64,000 nt of DNA from an uncultured Bdellovibrio sp. (GTDB lineage: Bacteria; Bdellovibrionota; Bdellovibrionia; Bdellovibrionales; Bdellovibrionaceae). Below the pieces are notes generated by a model. It did no database searches. It worked only from the letters and a program-made list of their open reading frames with translations, and was not told where the DNA came from. Positions 1 through 8,075 of this stretch are shown here, piece after piece (positions within the stretch are counted from its first letter, which is position 1; each line of letters opens with the position of its first letter). The translations under genes were made by a program, and so were the position numbers. Location: NCBI GenBank assembly GCA_963932905.1, contig CAWVRN010000027.1, positions 55 to 64,054 of the forward strand, given 5' to 3'.

Positions 1-23
1 TCTTAATTGGCCTTAGCCGCAGG

Positions 24-680
24 CTAAGGGGCCAGTTCAGATTTCTTTTTCTCTGGCGACGCAGCTGCGGGTTTTTGTGTTGCCGTGGCTGGACCACCTT
101 TGGCTGACGTTCGTTCGCTGGAATCAAACTTAGGAATACGTCCCGCTTCGATTTCCTTATCCCAAACGTCAAAATATTCTTGTGAAAACTCTAGATCCCA
201 AAATCGCTTTAAACTATTCAAAAATGCTACGACCTCAGCTTTCTTTCCTTCACGGAGCAAATCACTCAATACCGACATATCATGATAAGGTGGACCAAAT
301 GTGTTTAACTGCGGTGAACCTGGAGTCTTTGCGGCTTCAGTCATGTGATGAATAGCACTATCAAATTTTTTATCTTTGGCTTCGCACGATGCATACGCCA
401 TGTGGCCATCAAAAATCGCGTTACCATAATTCCAATTAGAAGAATAATAGGGAGCCACTGCCAACAATTCGCCCGCTAAGCTTTGCATTTTAGGACAATC
501 TTTAGATTTTACAGCACGCTTTAATCGCTCTGACAAAGAATAGAAATAATGCATTCCTAGTTCCGTGCTGTGCTCGACCAATTCCTTATCATTAAGCTTA
601 GAAGTTTTGACTGTGAATGGATCCGAATAGCATCCACTCAAAACTAGCACCGACGTCAGCAATAAAAGATACGTTTTCAT
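24..680 (-). CDS. Putative lipoprotein, unknown function
   Basis: 218-aa ORF. The N-terminus MKTYLLLLTSVLVLSGC has a signal peptide plus lipobox Cys. It is the last gene of a tightly packed 5-gene minus-strand operon. Confidence 0.55.
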   Translation of the reverse strand: MKTYLLLLTSVLVLSGCYSDPFTVKTSKLNDKELVEHSTELGMHYFYSLSERLKRAVKSKDCPKMQSLAGELLAVAPYYSSNWNYGNAIFDGHMAYASCEAKDKKFDSAIHHMTEAAKTPGSPQLNTFGPPYHDMSVLSDLLREGKKAEVVAFLNSLKRFWDLEFSQEYFDVWDKEIEAGRIPKFDSSERTSAKGGPATATQKPAAASPEKKKSELAP

Positions 681-705
681 AGTAACAACGTATACCCGTA
701 GGCAT

Positions 706-1914
706 TTAAATGTAAAGTCCCTTTAGCTTAAAGGCCTTTTTAAATACATCTGGTGAAGCATCGTTAATTTTGCCATTTGCATCCATAAGGCTAGCGAAAA
801 TTACAGACGGCGTCAGCATCGCGGTTTCTTTTTCAGCCATCATAGGTTGCAGTGTTTGTGTTGAAAGAGGCATACCCACTAATACAGAAACACCAATCGG
901 ACTGTACTGAGGATCTAACAAACGACTGCGACCAACAATAACTTCCGGTTTCAACTTGGGCGACATAACAATCATTGAATTCGAGAATGGGTTGTGATCT
1001 TTACCACCGCTTACGTTCAACGCGGGAGTCCGCGTGAAATCAGAAGATACTACGACTGTCGTTAAATCTAAAAGTGATTTACCCGAATTCTTATACTGAA
1101 TTGTGCTCAAAGCATCCAAATATTTAGCGATTGTTTGGAAGTTTTCAACCAATGATTTTTTATGAGTATTTGCATGATCGCTGTGAGTATCCAAACTTCC
1201 CGACAATCGAATAAATGCCGCTGGGTACACTTGCGAAAGAAATCCCTTAACAAGATTGCTAACATTGGTATCAGTAACAGCGCTTAACTGAGTTTTGTAT
1301 TCTTGCGCAATTTGATTTAGCTGCATAGAAACCTTGCTCAAAGTGCTATAGGAATTTGAAATTATACCCGACTTACCTGCCGCTGCCATAGTTCCACTGG
1401 CCGTGAATGAACTAATACTTGAAATATTATCAGACGTAACAATTTTATAATTGCGGCCTGCTGTTTCTACTGTCGCGTTGGCAATGATTGATGCTGATTG
1501 ATTTCTATAATACAAATCCATGAACTGACATACGTAACTAGGTTCTGAACCATCAGATGCACCCGATACCGCAAATGTAGCTGGACTTGGATGACCAACT
1601 TCCACCGGGCTCATCATCACACCATTAAATATCGTCATGCGTGGAAAATATTTTTGTACCGGAGCCATCGTCGGCCCGACAAAACCATTTCCAAATTTCA
1701 AGGTGTCATTCGCAGAGTATTCGATAAATATTTTTTTAGGATCTGGTGTAGTAGCAAAATTCCAAGCTTCTGTCATCAATGTCGTATCCCAGCCAGCATC
1801 CATGTAAAATTGTAGCAAGAACTGTGGTCCCGACTCCTGCGATAAAGCCCAACTAGGGAACAGGCTTAATGATGATAGTGCTATCGTACTTTGAATAAAT
1901 TCACGTCGTTTCAT
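706..1914 (-). CDS. Tat-signal DUF1501-like (sulfatase-fold-like) protein
   Basis: 402 aa. It has a twin-arginine leader (MKRREFIQSTIALSSLSL...). Motifs MDAGWDTT, GSLDTHSDH and SSDFTRTPALNVSGGKDHN resemble my recollection of the DUF1501 signature (SEFGRTP..GGRDH). No HMM was run. Confidence 0.6.
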   Translation of the reverse strand: MKRREFIQSTIALSSLSLFPSWALSQESGPQFLLQFYMDAGWDTTLMTEAWNFATTPDPKKIFIEYSANDTLKFGNGFVGPTMAPVQKYFPRMTIFNGVMMSPVEVGHPSPATFAVSGASDGSEPSYVCQFMDLYYRNQSASIIANATVETAGRNYKIVTSDNISSISSFTASGTMAAAGKSGIISNSYSTLSKVSMQLNQIAQEYKTQLSAVTDTNVSNLVKGFLSQVYPAAFIRLSGSLDTHSDHANTHKKSLVENFQTIAKYLDALSTIQYKNSGKSLLDLTTVVVSSDFTRTPALNVSGGKDHNPFSNSMIVMSPKLKPEVIVGRSRLLDPQYSPIGVSVLVGMPLSTQTLQPMMAEKETAMLTPSVIFASLMDANGKINDASPDVFKKAFKLKGLYI

Positions 1915-1921
1915 ATCAACC

Positions 1922-2617
1922 CTAGTATTTCAGTAAGTAGTCGTTAATGATGGCTTTCTTATAGGCGCTGGCTATAAAATCGCTAATTTTCATCGCGCCA
2001 TCGGCAGAAGCTTGTACACCTAATTCTTTCTTTGATTCATCTAAATAGTCTTTAGGAATTAAATTTGCTGACCCAAATACTTTTAAAAAAATAATATCGA
2101 TTAGCTTTTCCTTAACTTCCTGAGAAAGCACTTTGGCGTCTACCTGCGTAAAAGTAGACGACGATAGCGTGTAGAGATAACTCCAGCCTGGAGAATTTTG
2201 TGCTGTGGGATAATAGGCAGCTCTCCATTTCTCAAGTTCCTGATACCCAGTTTCGCTTATCAATTTTTTAACATTGGCCTCAGTGTAATACGAGAAAAGT
2301 TGCTTCACTATTTTCCCAATGCACGTATCAAAATGCAAAACATACGCAGCATCTGGCGATTGAATCAATCGCTCGCCGCTGTCTATATTGTTGAAACCCA
2401 ATTCATATAGATCTTTTTCTCGCGATCCACCACGTGGCTCGCGATAAGAAATACAGCCCAATAGATCATAGGTGTTAGCCGGCAATGCGTCGCCATAAAA
2501 AACATCAGTTAACAATTGCAAAACATCCTGTTGGCCAACGTAGTGACCACTTGTTGTCTCGAATGCTCCAGCGACAGAACCAATCGATAAGAAAATTACT
2601 AAAAATAGTTTTTTCAT
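1922..2617 (-). CDS. Secreted hypothetical protein
   Basis: 231 aa with an N-terminal signal peptide (MKKLFLVIFLSIGSVAGA). Its start codon directly abuts the upstream gene's stop (2617/2618). Confidence 0.5.
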   Translation of the reverse strand: MKKLFLVIFLSIGSVAGAFETTSGHYVGQQDVLQLLTDVFYGDALPANTYDLLGCISYREPRGGSREKDLYELGFNNIDSGERLIQSPDAAYVLHFDTCIGKIVKQLFSYYTEANVKKLISETGYQELEKWRAAYYPTAQNSPGWSYLYTLSSSTFTQVDAKVLSQEVKEKLIDIIFLKVFGSANLIPKDYLDESKKELGVQASADGAMKISDFIASAYKKAIINDYLLKY

Positions 2618-4147
2618 TTACTTACCCTCAAAGTCAGGAGCACCCTGAGACAGCCAGTTATTCAATCGAGTGATTTCTGCATCCGTGAAATCTCTCTTAC
2701 CTTCTTTAGGTGGCATTTTACCTTTGTGAAGCTCTGTCTTTACACGTCTCATCCAGTCAGAGCGATCTTCATTTTTCTTATTACTGATCAACGCATACCA
2801 ATCCAAATTCTGAACTTCAAAATTTTCGTTTTGTTGATTATGACAGCCTTGGCATTTCTTAAGTGTTTTATAGGCACTTACTGTAGCCAACTGAGATTCC
2901 GTATATTGAACCGGAGTATAGAAGTCCTTTTTCATTACCAGGTGTTTGATGAAATCTTGAGGCTTTTGGTTTACATCTTTAAATGCTTTCACCAATTCGA
3001 TTTCTTGTGACGGAGTTAAAATGCTGTTCTCACCATAAATCCATTTCCAAAAATGTCTGACTTGACATGAAAAATAGTCTTTTTCAGTAGTCAGAACAGA
3101 ACCCAGGTTACCAATACCATCGACTGTATGTTTGCTGAACTCACCATCTTCATTATAATAGTTAAGTGCACCTATCGATGCTTTGGCGTTCAACCGATTT
3201 GGTGACAGATTAAATAAATCACCCAGCGGATCAAGCTGCTTATGGCAATGCTGACAGTCCACATTCGTTCCGTGAATTTGTGTCATCTTGGTATGGTTAA
3301 CTAAATCGTTCTCTGTGTACTGACCTTCTCCAGCTAGAGCCAATTTCTTATTTTCGTCCACGCCCTCTTTAGGAACGGGAATCGACGCGACCATATCTTT
3401 ACAAAGAAACGTTCTAAACACAGCCGCAGCTCTGCGGCGATTGCTATTAACACCCGTCGTTACGTAACGACTCAAAAAGCTTGGTGTTGTTAAAGCACCG
3501 GCAATACGTTTATCGTCGCCAGGAAAACTAATACGAACACCAGTGAAATTCTCTGCGTCTGAATTATAAGTCTTATCCAGCGACGTATCTGTTAGTTCCG
3601 AAATGGGAAGCATATCGAATTCTTTCAGTTTAGGCTGCAAACCTGAATAGAATAGCAACTGTTGCAAGCCAAAGTCAGACTCGTTCTTTGAATAAAAAAC
3701 AAAATAATTCTTACGATTCAAAATATCAGTCCATGGACTATTCGTTTCCAATATCTCGCGTACTAACAAATGAAATGCAGAATATCCGTATTTGTAACTT
3801 CCATATTCTGGAGACAACGGAACGCCAGAATATTTTGAATAGTCCGACGTGAAATTGTAACTGATTGGCGCTTGATCCATTCTAAATGTATCCGAAACCT
3901 TATTCGCAAACTTCATTCCGAACTCTTTAGACTTCAAATATTCATCCAGTTTTAATTCTAAAACTTTTTCCACCGGCATAGATTTCAATTTCTCAACCAC
4001 ATCTACATACTCAGCCGCCGATGGATTTTTTCCGCGCACTACGTAACTTAGTTTCTTAAGTTTATGTTCAATGGCAAGTTCTTGCGCAACAGAAGTTCCG
4101 CAATTTATAAGTAGTAAAAATGAAATGAAAATGTTAAGCGCGCGCAT
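2618..4147 (-). CDS. Secreted protein with two CxxCH motifs (DUF1588/PSCyt-like putative heme-binding protein)
   Basis: 509 aa with a signal peptide. CQHCHKQLDPLGDLF resembles the CxxCH..DPxG motif of the DUF1588-type family. The C-terminal CQGCH ... MPPKEG..FTDAEITRLNNWLSQGAP resembles a planctomycete-type cytochrome c domain. Confidence 0.6.
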   Translation of the reverse strand: MRALNIFISFLLLINCGTSVAQELAIEHKLKKLSYVVRGKNPSAAEYVDVVEKLKSMPVEKVLELKLDEYLKSKEFGMKFANKVSDTFRMDQAPISYNFTSDYSKYSGVPLSPEYGSYKYGYSAFHLLVREILETNSPWTDILNRKNYFVFYSKNESDFGLQQLLFYSGLQPKLKEFDMLPISELTDTSLDKTYNSDAENFTGVRISFPGDDKRIAGALTTPSFLSRYVTTGVNSNRRRAAAVFRTFLCKDMVASIPVPKEGVDENKKLALAGEGQYTENDLVNHTKMTQIHGTNVDCQHCHKQLDPLGDLFNLSPNRLNAKASIGALNYYNEDGEFSKHTVDGIGNLGSVLTTEKDYFSCQVRHFWKWIYGENSILTPSQEIELVKAFKDVNQKPQDFIKHLVMKKDFYTPVQYTESQLATVSAYKTLKKCQGCHNQQNENFEVQNLDWYALISNKKNEDRSDWMRRVKTELHKGKMPPKEGKRDFTDAEITRLNNWLSQGAPDFEGK

Positions 4148-5082
4148 TATTCCACCGTAACCATATAAGATGTATATGTTTCACGAGTTAAATATTTAAC
4201 TCCGCTGAATACTTCACGATTTATAAGATTTTTGGGAATACTTTTTGGCAAAGGCAAAGAATAGGTTTTTTCGATCGGCTGTTGATCGGCGATGCCTAAG
4301 GCGCCAATTATAGATTTTTCTAGCCGAACTTGAATTGAACATTGGCGTTGATTGTTTTCATAGTAAATTGTGTTTGGATCAGTAACGGGAATCAGTCTGT
4401 CGACATCCTCAGCACCTTCGGGAACCACGACCTGCCAAGAATTCGTTCCTACAGATTTTAGCTCGACGTCGTTAACTTGGAAACTGGTCTGATTCTCATT
4501 CTTTTTTGAAATTGAATTTTGTCGCATAGTTTCGAAACCCCAAGCTGAAACCAAAATATTTTGGGATGGCGTTTTAGGCAGGTTTAATAACCAGGCATCT
4601 GAATCACATTTTAAGATGGGGCCTTTTTTAGAAACGATGGCATCCACAGTGGCCAAACCCGAAATACTAGCATCATTTAGGGTCATCATGAGCTTAGTTT
4701 TGTTGTTATATACATTCACAATTACTACCTGCTTAAGCTTGCTAACGTCGGGGTGTTTGCTCCAAACGAACCTGATATCATAAGAACCAACCTCATAAGT
4801 CCACGAGCAATTTTGAGGCAAAACATCGGGAAAACAAATATTCTCTTTAACCACAGCTTTACTTACCGCTTGGTATTTTTTGCGAACACCGATGATCAGA
4901 CTGGCTTCACGCCCATCAGCAAAAATCAATTTAGTTTCCGTTGGCGATAGTTCCCACTTAGCCAATGGTGGCTTTGTAGCAGGCACTGGCGCCGAAGCGG
5001 CCGGTGCGGCTTGCGCATACGCCGTATCTACATTAGAGAAAAATATCAACGCCGCTAATAGAAAAAGTAGAAGGTATTTCAT
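4147..5082 (-). CDS. Secreted hypothetical protein (first gene of the operon)
   Basis: 311 aa with a signal peptide (MKYLLLFLLAALIFFSNVDTAYA). Its stop overlaps the next gene's ATG by 1 nt (TAATG at 4145-4149). Confidence 0.5.
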   Translation of the reverse strand: MKYLLLFLLAALIFFSNVDTAYAQAAPAASAPVPATKPPLAKWELSPTETKLIFADGREASLIIGVRKKYQAVSKAVVKENICFPDVLPQNCSWTYEVGSYDIRFVWSKHPDVSKLKQVVIVNVYNNKTKLMMTLNDASISGLATVDAIVSKKGPILKCDSDAWLLNLPKTPSQNILVSAWGFETMRQNSISKKNENQTSFQVNDVELKSVGTNSWQVVVPEGAEDVDRLIPVTDPNTIYYENNQRQCSIQVRLEKSIIGALGIADQQPIEKTYSLPLPKSIPKNLINREVFSGVKYLTRETYTSYMVTVE

Positions 5083-5209
5083 CGGGTATAAGTTTTACCA
5101 CGTACATTCCAAAAACTAATAGATAGAATTAGATGCTGATTTTTCGGAGTGAAAAATAGTGCCTACTGTTCATGATTTGGACGGCGGCTATAGTCACTTT
5201 GTCGTGTAT

Positions 5210-5956
5210 TTAGACATTCTTCAAAACGCGTCCATTTTTATAGAAATAATGGCAGGTGACAACAAACAATACCAAGCTAATCCATGTCGAAATAGATACC
5301 AGCGGTGCGTTCCCTCTAAAATCGTCCCGCAGGAATTCGATTAACCCGCGACCGATACTATGCAGAAGCATCCAAATATAGAACAGACGCTCAGGATTTT
5401 TCTTAAGTATCAATTCGTTCTTGGACTCGTAAGCTAGCAAAAATATAAATACACCCAGTTCCCACAACGACGAATAAATTTGCGTCGGATGCCGACCATT
5501 CACCGCCCAAATTAGCGAGCACGTTTTCCCGTAGCAACAGCCTTCCAAAAAACACCCAATGCGGCCTAGCATATACACTAACGATAAAATTGGCGTGTAT
5601 AACTGCATATAGATTTTCAAATAAACCATTTTATCTTTTATTAGCAAAAACGTAAGGCCCGATAAAAAACTCAGTACAAAGCCGCCGTAAAAAACAAATC
5701 CACCTTCCCAAAAATAAAGGACCTTAATAGGATTTTGAATATAGTGCTCGGGATTTTCGAAAATGACGTGCACAAATCGCGCACCCAAGACCGCGCCGAC
5801 GACTAAAACAAATGCTAAATCTAGAGAGAAATTTTCATCAACATGCAGTTTTCTTGAACGTCGTGTTGTCAGAAAAAAGGCTAGACCCATAAGGCAAGCG
5901 ATCACCACAAAAAAAGTAGGAACTTGAAAAAAACCGACGTCGATAATTGGATACAT
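5210..5956 (-). CDS. lgt: Prolipoprotein diacylglyceryl transferase
   Basis: 248-aa polytopic membrane protein. GRIGCFLEGCCYGK matches the Lgt signature region, and size and topology are typical. Confidence 0.85.
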   Translation of the reverse strand: MYPIIDVGFFQVPTFFVVIACLMGLAFFLTTRRSRKLHVDENFSLDLAFVLVVGAVLGARFVHVIFENPEHYIQNPIKVLYFWEGGFVFYGGFVLSFLSGLTFLLIKDKMVYLKIYMQLYTPILSLVYMLGRIGCFLEGCCYGKTCSLIWAVNGRHPTQIYSSLWELGVFIFLLAYESKNELILKKNPERLFYIWMLLHSIGRGLIEFLRDDFRGNAPLVSISTWISLVLFVVTCHYFYKNGRVLKNV

Positions 5957-6075
5957 ATTTGTTTTCAGTCTAATATGGCGCTGAAAAAATACCTACTAGA
6001 CCTTCGACTTCTTTTACTATTTTTTGACGGAAAGTCCTCGATTCAAATTTGCGTTTGCTATCATAATGGTAGTGT

Positions 6076-7500
6076 ATGGGGTTACATCCAGTAGATATCA
6101 CTAAAGAACTTAGAAAGTTTGCTTTTTTTAAGACATTTAGCGATGAGATGCTTTTACAAATTGCTACAATGACCGTGGAAAAGAATTTCCGTGCGTCTGA
6201 CTTTATTCTTCGCGAAGGTGAACTCAATACTAAGTTATATTTTTTAAGATCTGGAGTAGCCGAAATCACTTTAGAGAATGAAGTCGTCGCTATCTTGCAA
6301 ACGGTCGGCGATGTCATGGGCGAAATGAGTGTTGTTTTAAAACGTCCGGTTACATCGTCCATCGTTGCCAAATCTGATGTCAGTGTTTTTGTGATCGATT
6401 CAGATCATTTCGGCCATGTACCGCAAAAAGACTTCGATAAATTTAACTCATTATTATACCGAGTCTACTCTACAGTTCTTGCCGATCGTTTGATTCGCAC
6501 AAATGAAAAAGCACGTCTATTTGAAATTGCCAATCGCGAACTTTTCGAAGCTCAAGCTAGCCTTGAAAAAGCTGGTGACAAAAGTGTTCTGTTAATAGAT
6601 ACAGATCGCAAACAGTTGGTCTTAGCAAAAATGGCCGTAGGCAGTTCAGGTGTTCGCATGGACATCGCTTCTGATGTTGAATCTGCTAAGCAGTTATTAT
6701 TACTAAACAAGTATGATTTAGTCGTATTTGATGACACTTGTTCAGATATTGTCGACTCCATCACCGATATTAAAAAAGCGGTGATGATCACGTCTAAAAA
6801 AGTACAAGAGAATCTGCCTATCCTGAAAAAGAACAAGAAAGTTAATAATCTGATCACTCGCGATGTCGAAGATAAACAGTTAACCATTAAAACTCTATTG
6901 ACGACACTTTCCAAACTTCTAAACAACGACGTCTTTGGAATTGAAAAATATCTTTCTTGGGGCGTTGATATCCAAGCTAAAAAAGTCACAGCCAGTAGCG
7001 AACGCATGAAATTAAAAGACGACATGGTCGTTTATTTCAAGCGTCTTGGTATCCGCAACACGATTTTAGAAAAAATGTATCTTGTGACCGAAGAATTATT
7101 GATGAATGCGATTTACGATGCGCCAACTGATAAAAGTGGCAAAGCAATGTACAACCACTTGCCAAGAAAAACAGAAGTCGTTTTAGATTCTCATTTACAA
7201 TCTGTAATTAAATACGGTTGCGATGGAATCTACCTTGCCGTATCGGTGACGGATCCATTTGGCTCGCTGACTAAAGATGTTATTATCAACTACTTAGAAA
7301 GTTGTTACGCTGGAAATGCAGGATCCTTGAACGGGGGCAAAGGCGGCGCAGGTCGCGGTCTTCATCAAATAGTTGAAAATTCAGACCTGACCATTTTCAA
7401 TGTAAAACCAGGTCAACGCACAGAAGTTATTAGCATCTTCTTCACCGAAACAAATAAAAAAGAACCGAATCCATCATTCCACTATTTTTTTAATGAATAA
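6076..7500 (+). CDS. Cyclic-nucleotide-binding domain protein fused to a receiver-like segment and a C-terminal HATPase (RsbW/SpoIIAB-like) domain
   Basis: 474 aa. The N-terminal cNMP-binding fold reads FAFFKTFSDE...FILREGE...LYFLRSG...GEMS. The central part reads VLLIDTD...YDLVVFDD...VMITSK and is REC-like. The C-terminus has EELLMNAIYDAP (N-box-like) and GGKGGAGRGLHQI (G-box-like). Confidence 0.65.
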   Translation: MGLHPVDITKELRKFAFFKTFSDEMLLQIATMTVEKNFRASDFILREGELNTKLYFLRSGVAEITLENEVVAILQTVGDVMGEMSVVLKRPVTSSIVAKSDVSVFVIDSDHFGHVPQKDFDKFNSLLYRVYSTVLADRLIRTNEKARLFEIANRELFEAQASLEKAGDKSVLLIDTDRKQLVLAKMAVGSSGVRMDIASDVESAKQLLLLNKYDLVVFDDTCSDIVDSITDIKKAVMITSKKVQENLPILKKNKKVNNLITRDVEDKQLTIKTLLTTLSKLLNNDVFGIEKYLSWGVDIQAKKVTASSERMKLKDDMVVYFKRLGIRNTILEKMYLVTEELLMNAIYDAPTDKSGKAMYNHLPRKTEVVLDSHLQSVIKYGCDGIYLAVSVTDPFGSLTKDVIINYLESCYAGNAGSLNGGKGGAGRGLHQIVENSDLTIFNVKPGQRTEVISIFFTETNKKEPNPSFHYFFNE

Positions 7501-7522
7501 CCCGAAGACGAAATTGACAAAG

Positions 7523-7548
7523 AGCTAGCGGTCTATCGCCAGCTTTTC
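7523..7548 (+). terminator. Candidate rho-independent terminator after the cNMP-domain gene
   Basis: AGCTAGCG / CGCCAGCT stem (one A.C mismatch) followed by TTTTCG, 23 nt after the stop. Confidence 0.4.
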
Positions 7549-7568
7549 GCGTTTATGGGAAAATAACT

Positions 7569-8075
7569 TTAATTCTGGTTGGCCACGGACGGTGTACGCT
7601 TTTTTTCAAGCAACATCACCAAAATCAAAATACCAACGCCGCATACAATGGCCGAATCAGCGATATTAAAAGCGGGATAGCTATATTTATTATATAGATG
7701 GAAATCTAAGAAATCGATGACATATCGATAGTTCAATCGATCAATATAGTTTCCTAAAGCCCCTCCGCAAATCAAAGACAAAGCCGCAATTTGCAGATTA
7801 TCGTCATCTTTCACTGTTCTTAAAATTGTAAAGATAATAACTACTGCAATCGGCGGCATCGACAAGAAGAAGATTTCCCTGAATGTGGGATGACTTTCCG
7901 CCAAGAAACCAAACGCGGCTCCATAATTTCGAACGTAGGTAAAGTTAAACAAGTTTTCGATCACTGTGTAAGACTCACCCAATTGAAACCGAGTGTGAAT
8001 GTAGATCTTTGTTAATTGATCCAACGCGATCACAATCCCAGCGATGATCAATAATAAAATATATTTTTTCTTCAT
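7569..8075 (-). CDS. lspA: Lipoprotein signal peptidase (signal peptidase II)
   Basis: I set the start at MKKKYILLLI (ATG 8073-8075), which overlaps the ileS TGA (8072-8074) as ATGA. Motifs FNFTYVRNYGAAFG and FNIADSAI are typical of LspA. ileS-lspA synteny is conserved. Confidence 0.85.
   Translation of the reverse strand: MKKKYILLLIIAGIVIALDQLTKIYIHTRFQLGESYTVIENLFNFTYVRNYGAAFGFLAESHPTFREIFFLSMPPIAVVIIFTILRTVKDDDNLQIAALSLICGGALGNYIDRLNYRYVIDFLDFHLYNKYSYPAFNIADSAIVCGVGILILVMLLEKKRTPSVANQN

Noticed and set aside
85-285. Many 60-100-aa track ORFs lie antisense or out of frame inside larger genes. Examples are 85-285, 1591-1815, 2198-2410, 8564-8761, 9014-9381, 14593-15685, 16210-16999, 31362-31779, 41028-41571 and 47538-48309.
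   Set aside because: They are fully embedded in long ORFs that have strong family motifs. They lack ribosome-binding sites and recognisable motifs. Their composition is what one expects from reading AT-rich coding DNA in the wrong frame.
706-1914. I considered a functional link between the DUF1501-like (sulfatase-fold-like) protein and the anSME-like rSAM enzyme 16 kb away.
   Set aside because: The DUF1501-like protein contains no C/S-x-P-x-R motif. The two loci are separate operons on either side of housekeeping genes.
5970-6371. A 133-aa minus-strand ORF spans the lgt/cNMP divergent region and the 5' end of the cNMP gene.
   Set aside because: It runs antisense to a well-supported cNMP-binding domain, and it has no motif, signal or RBS.
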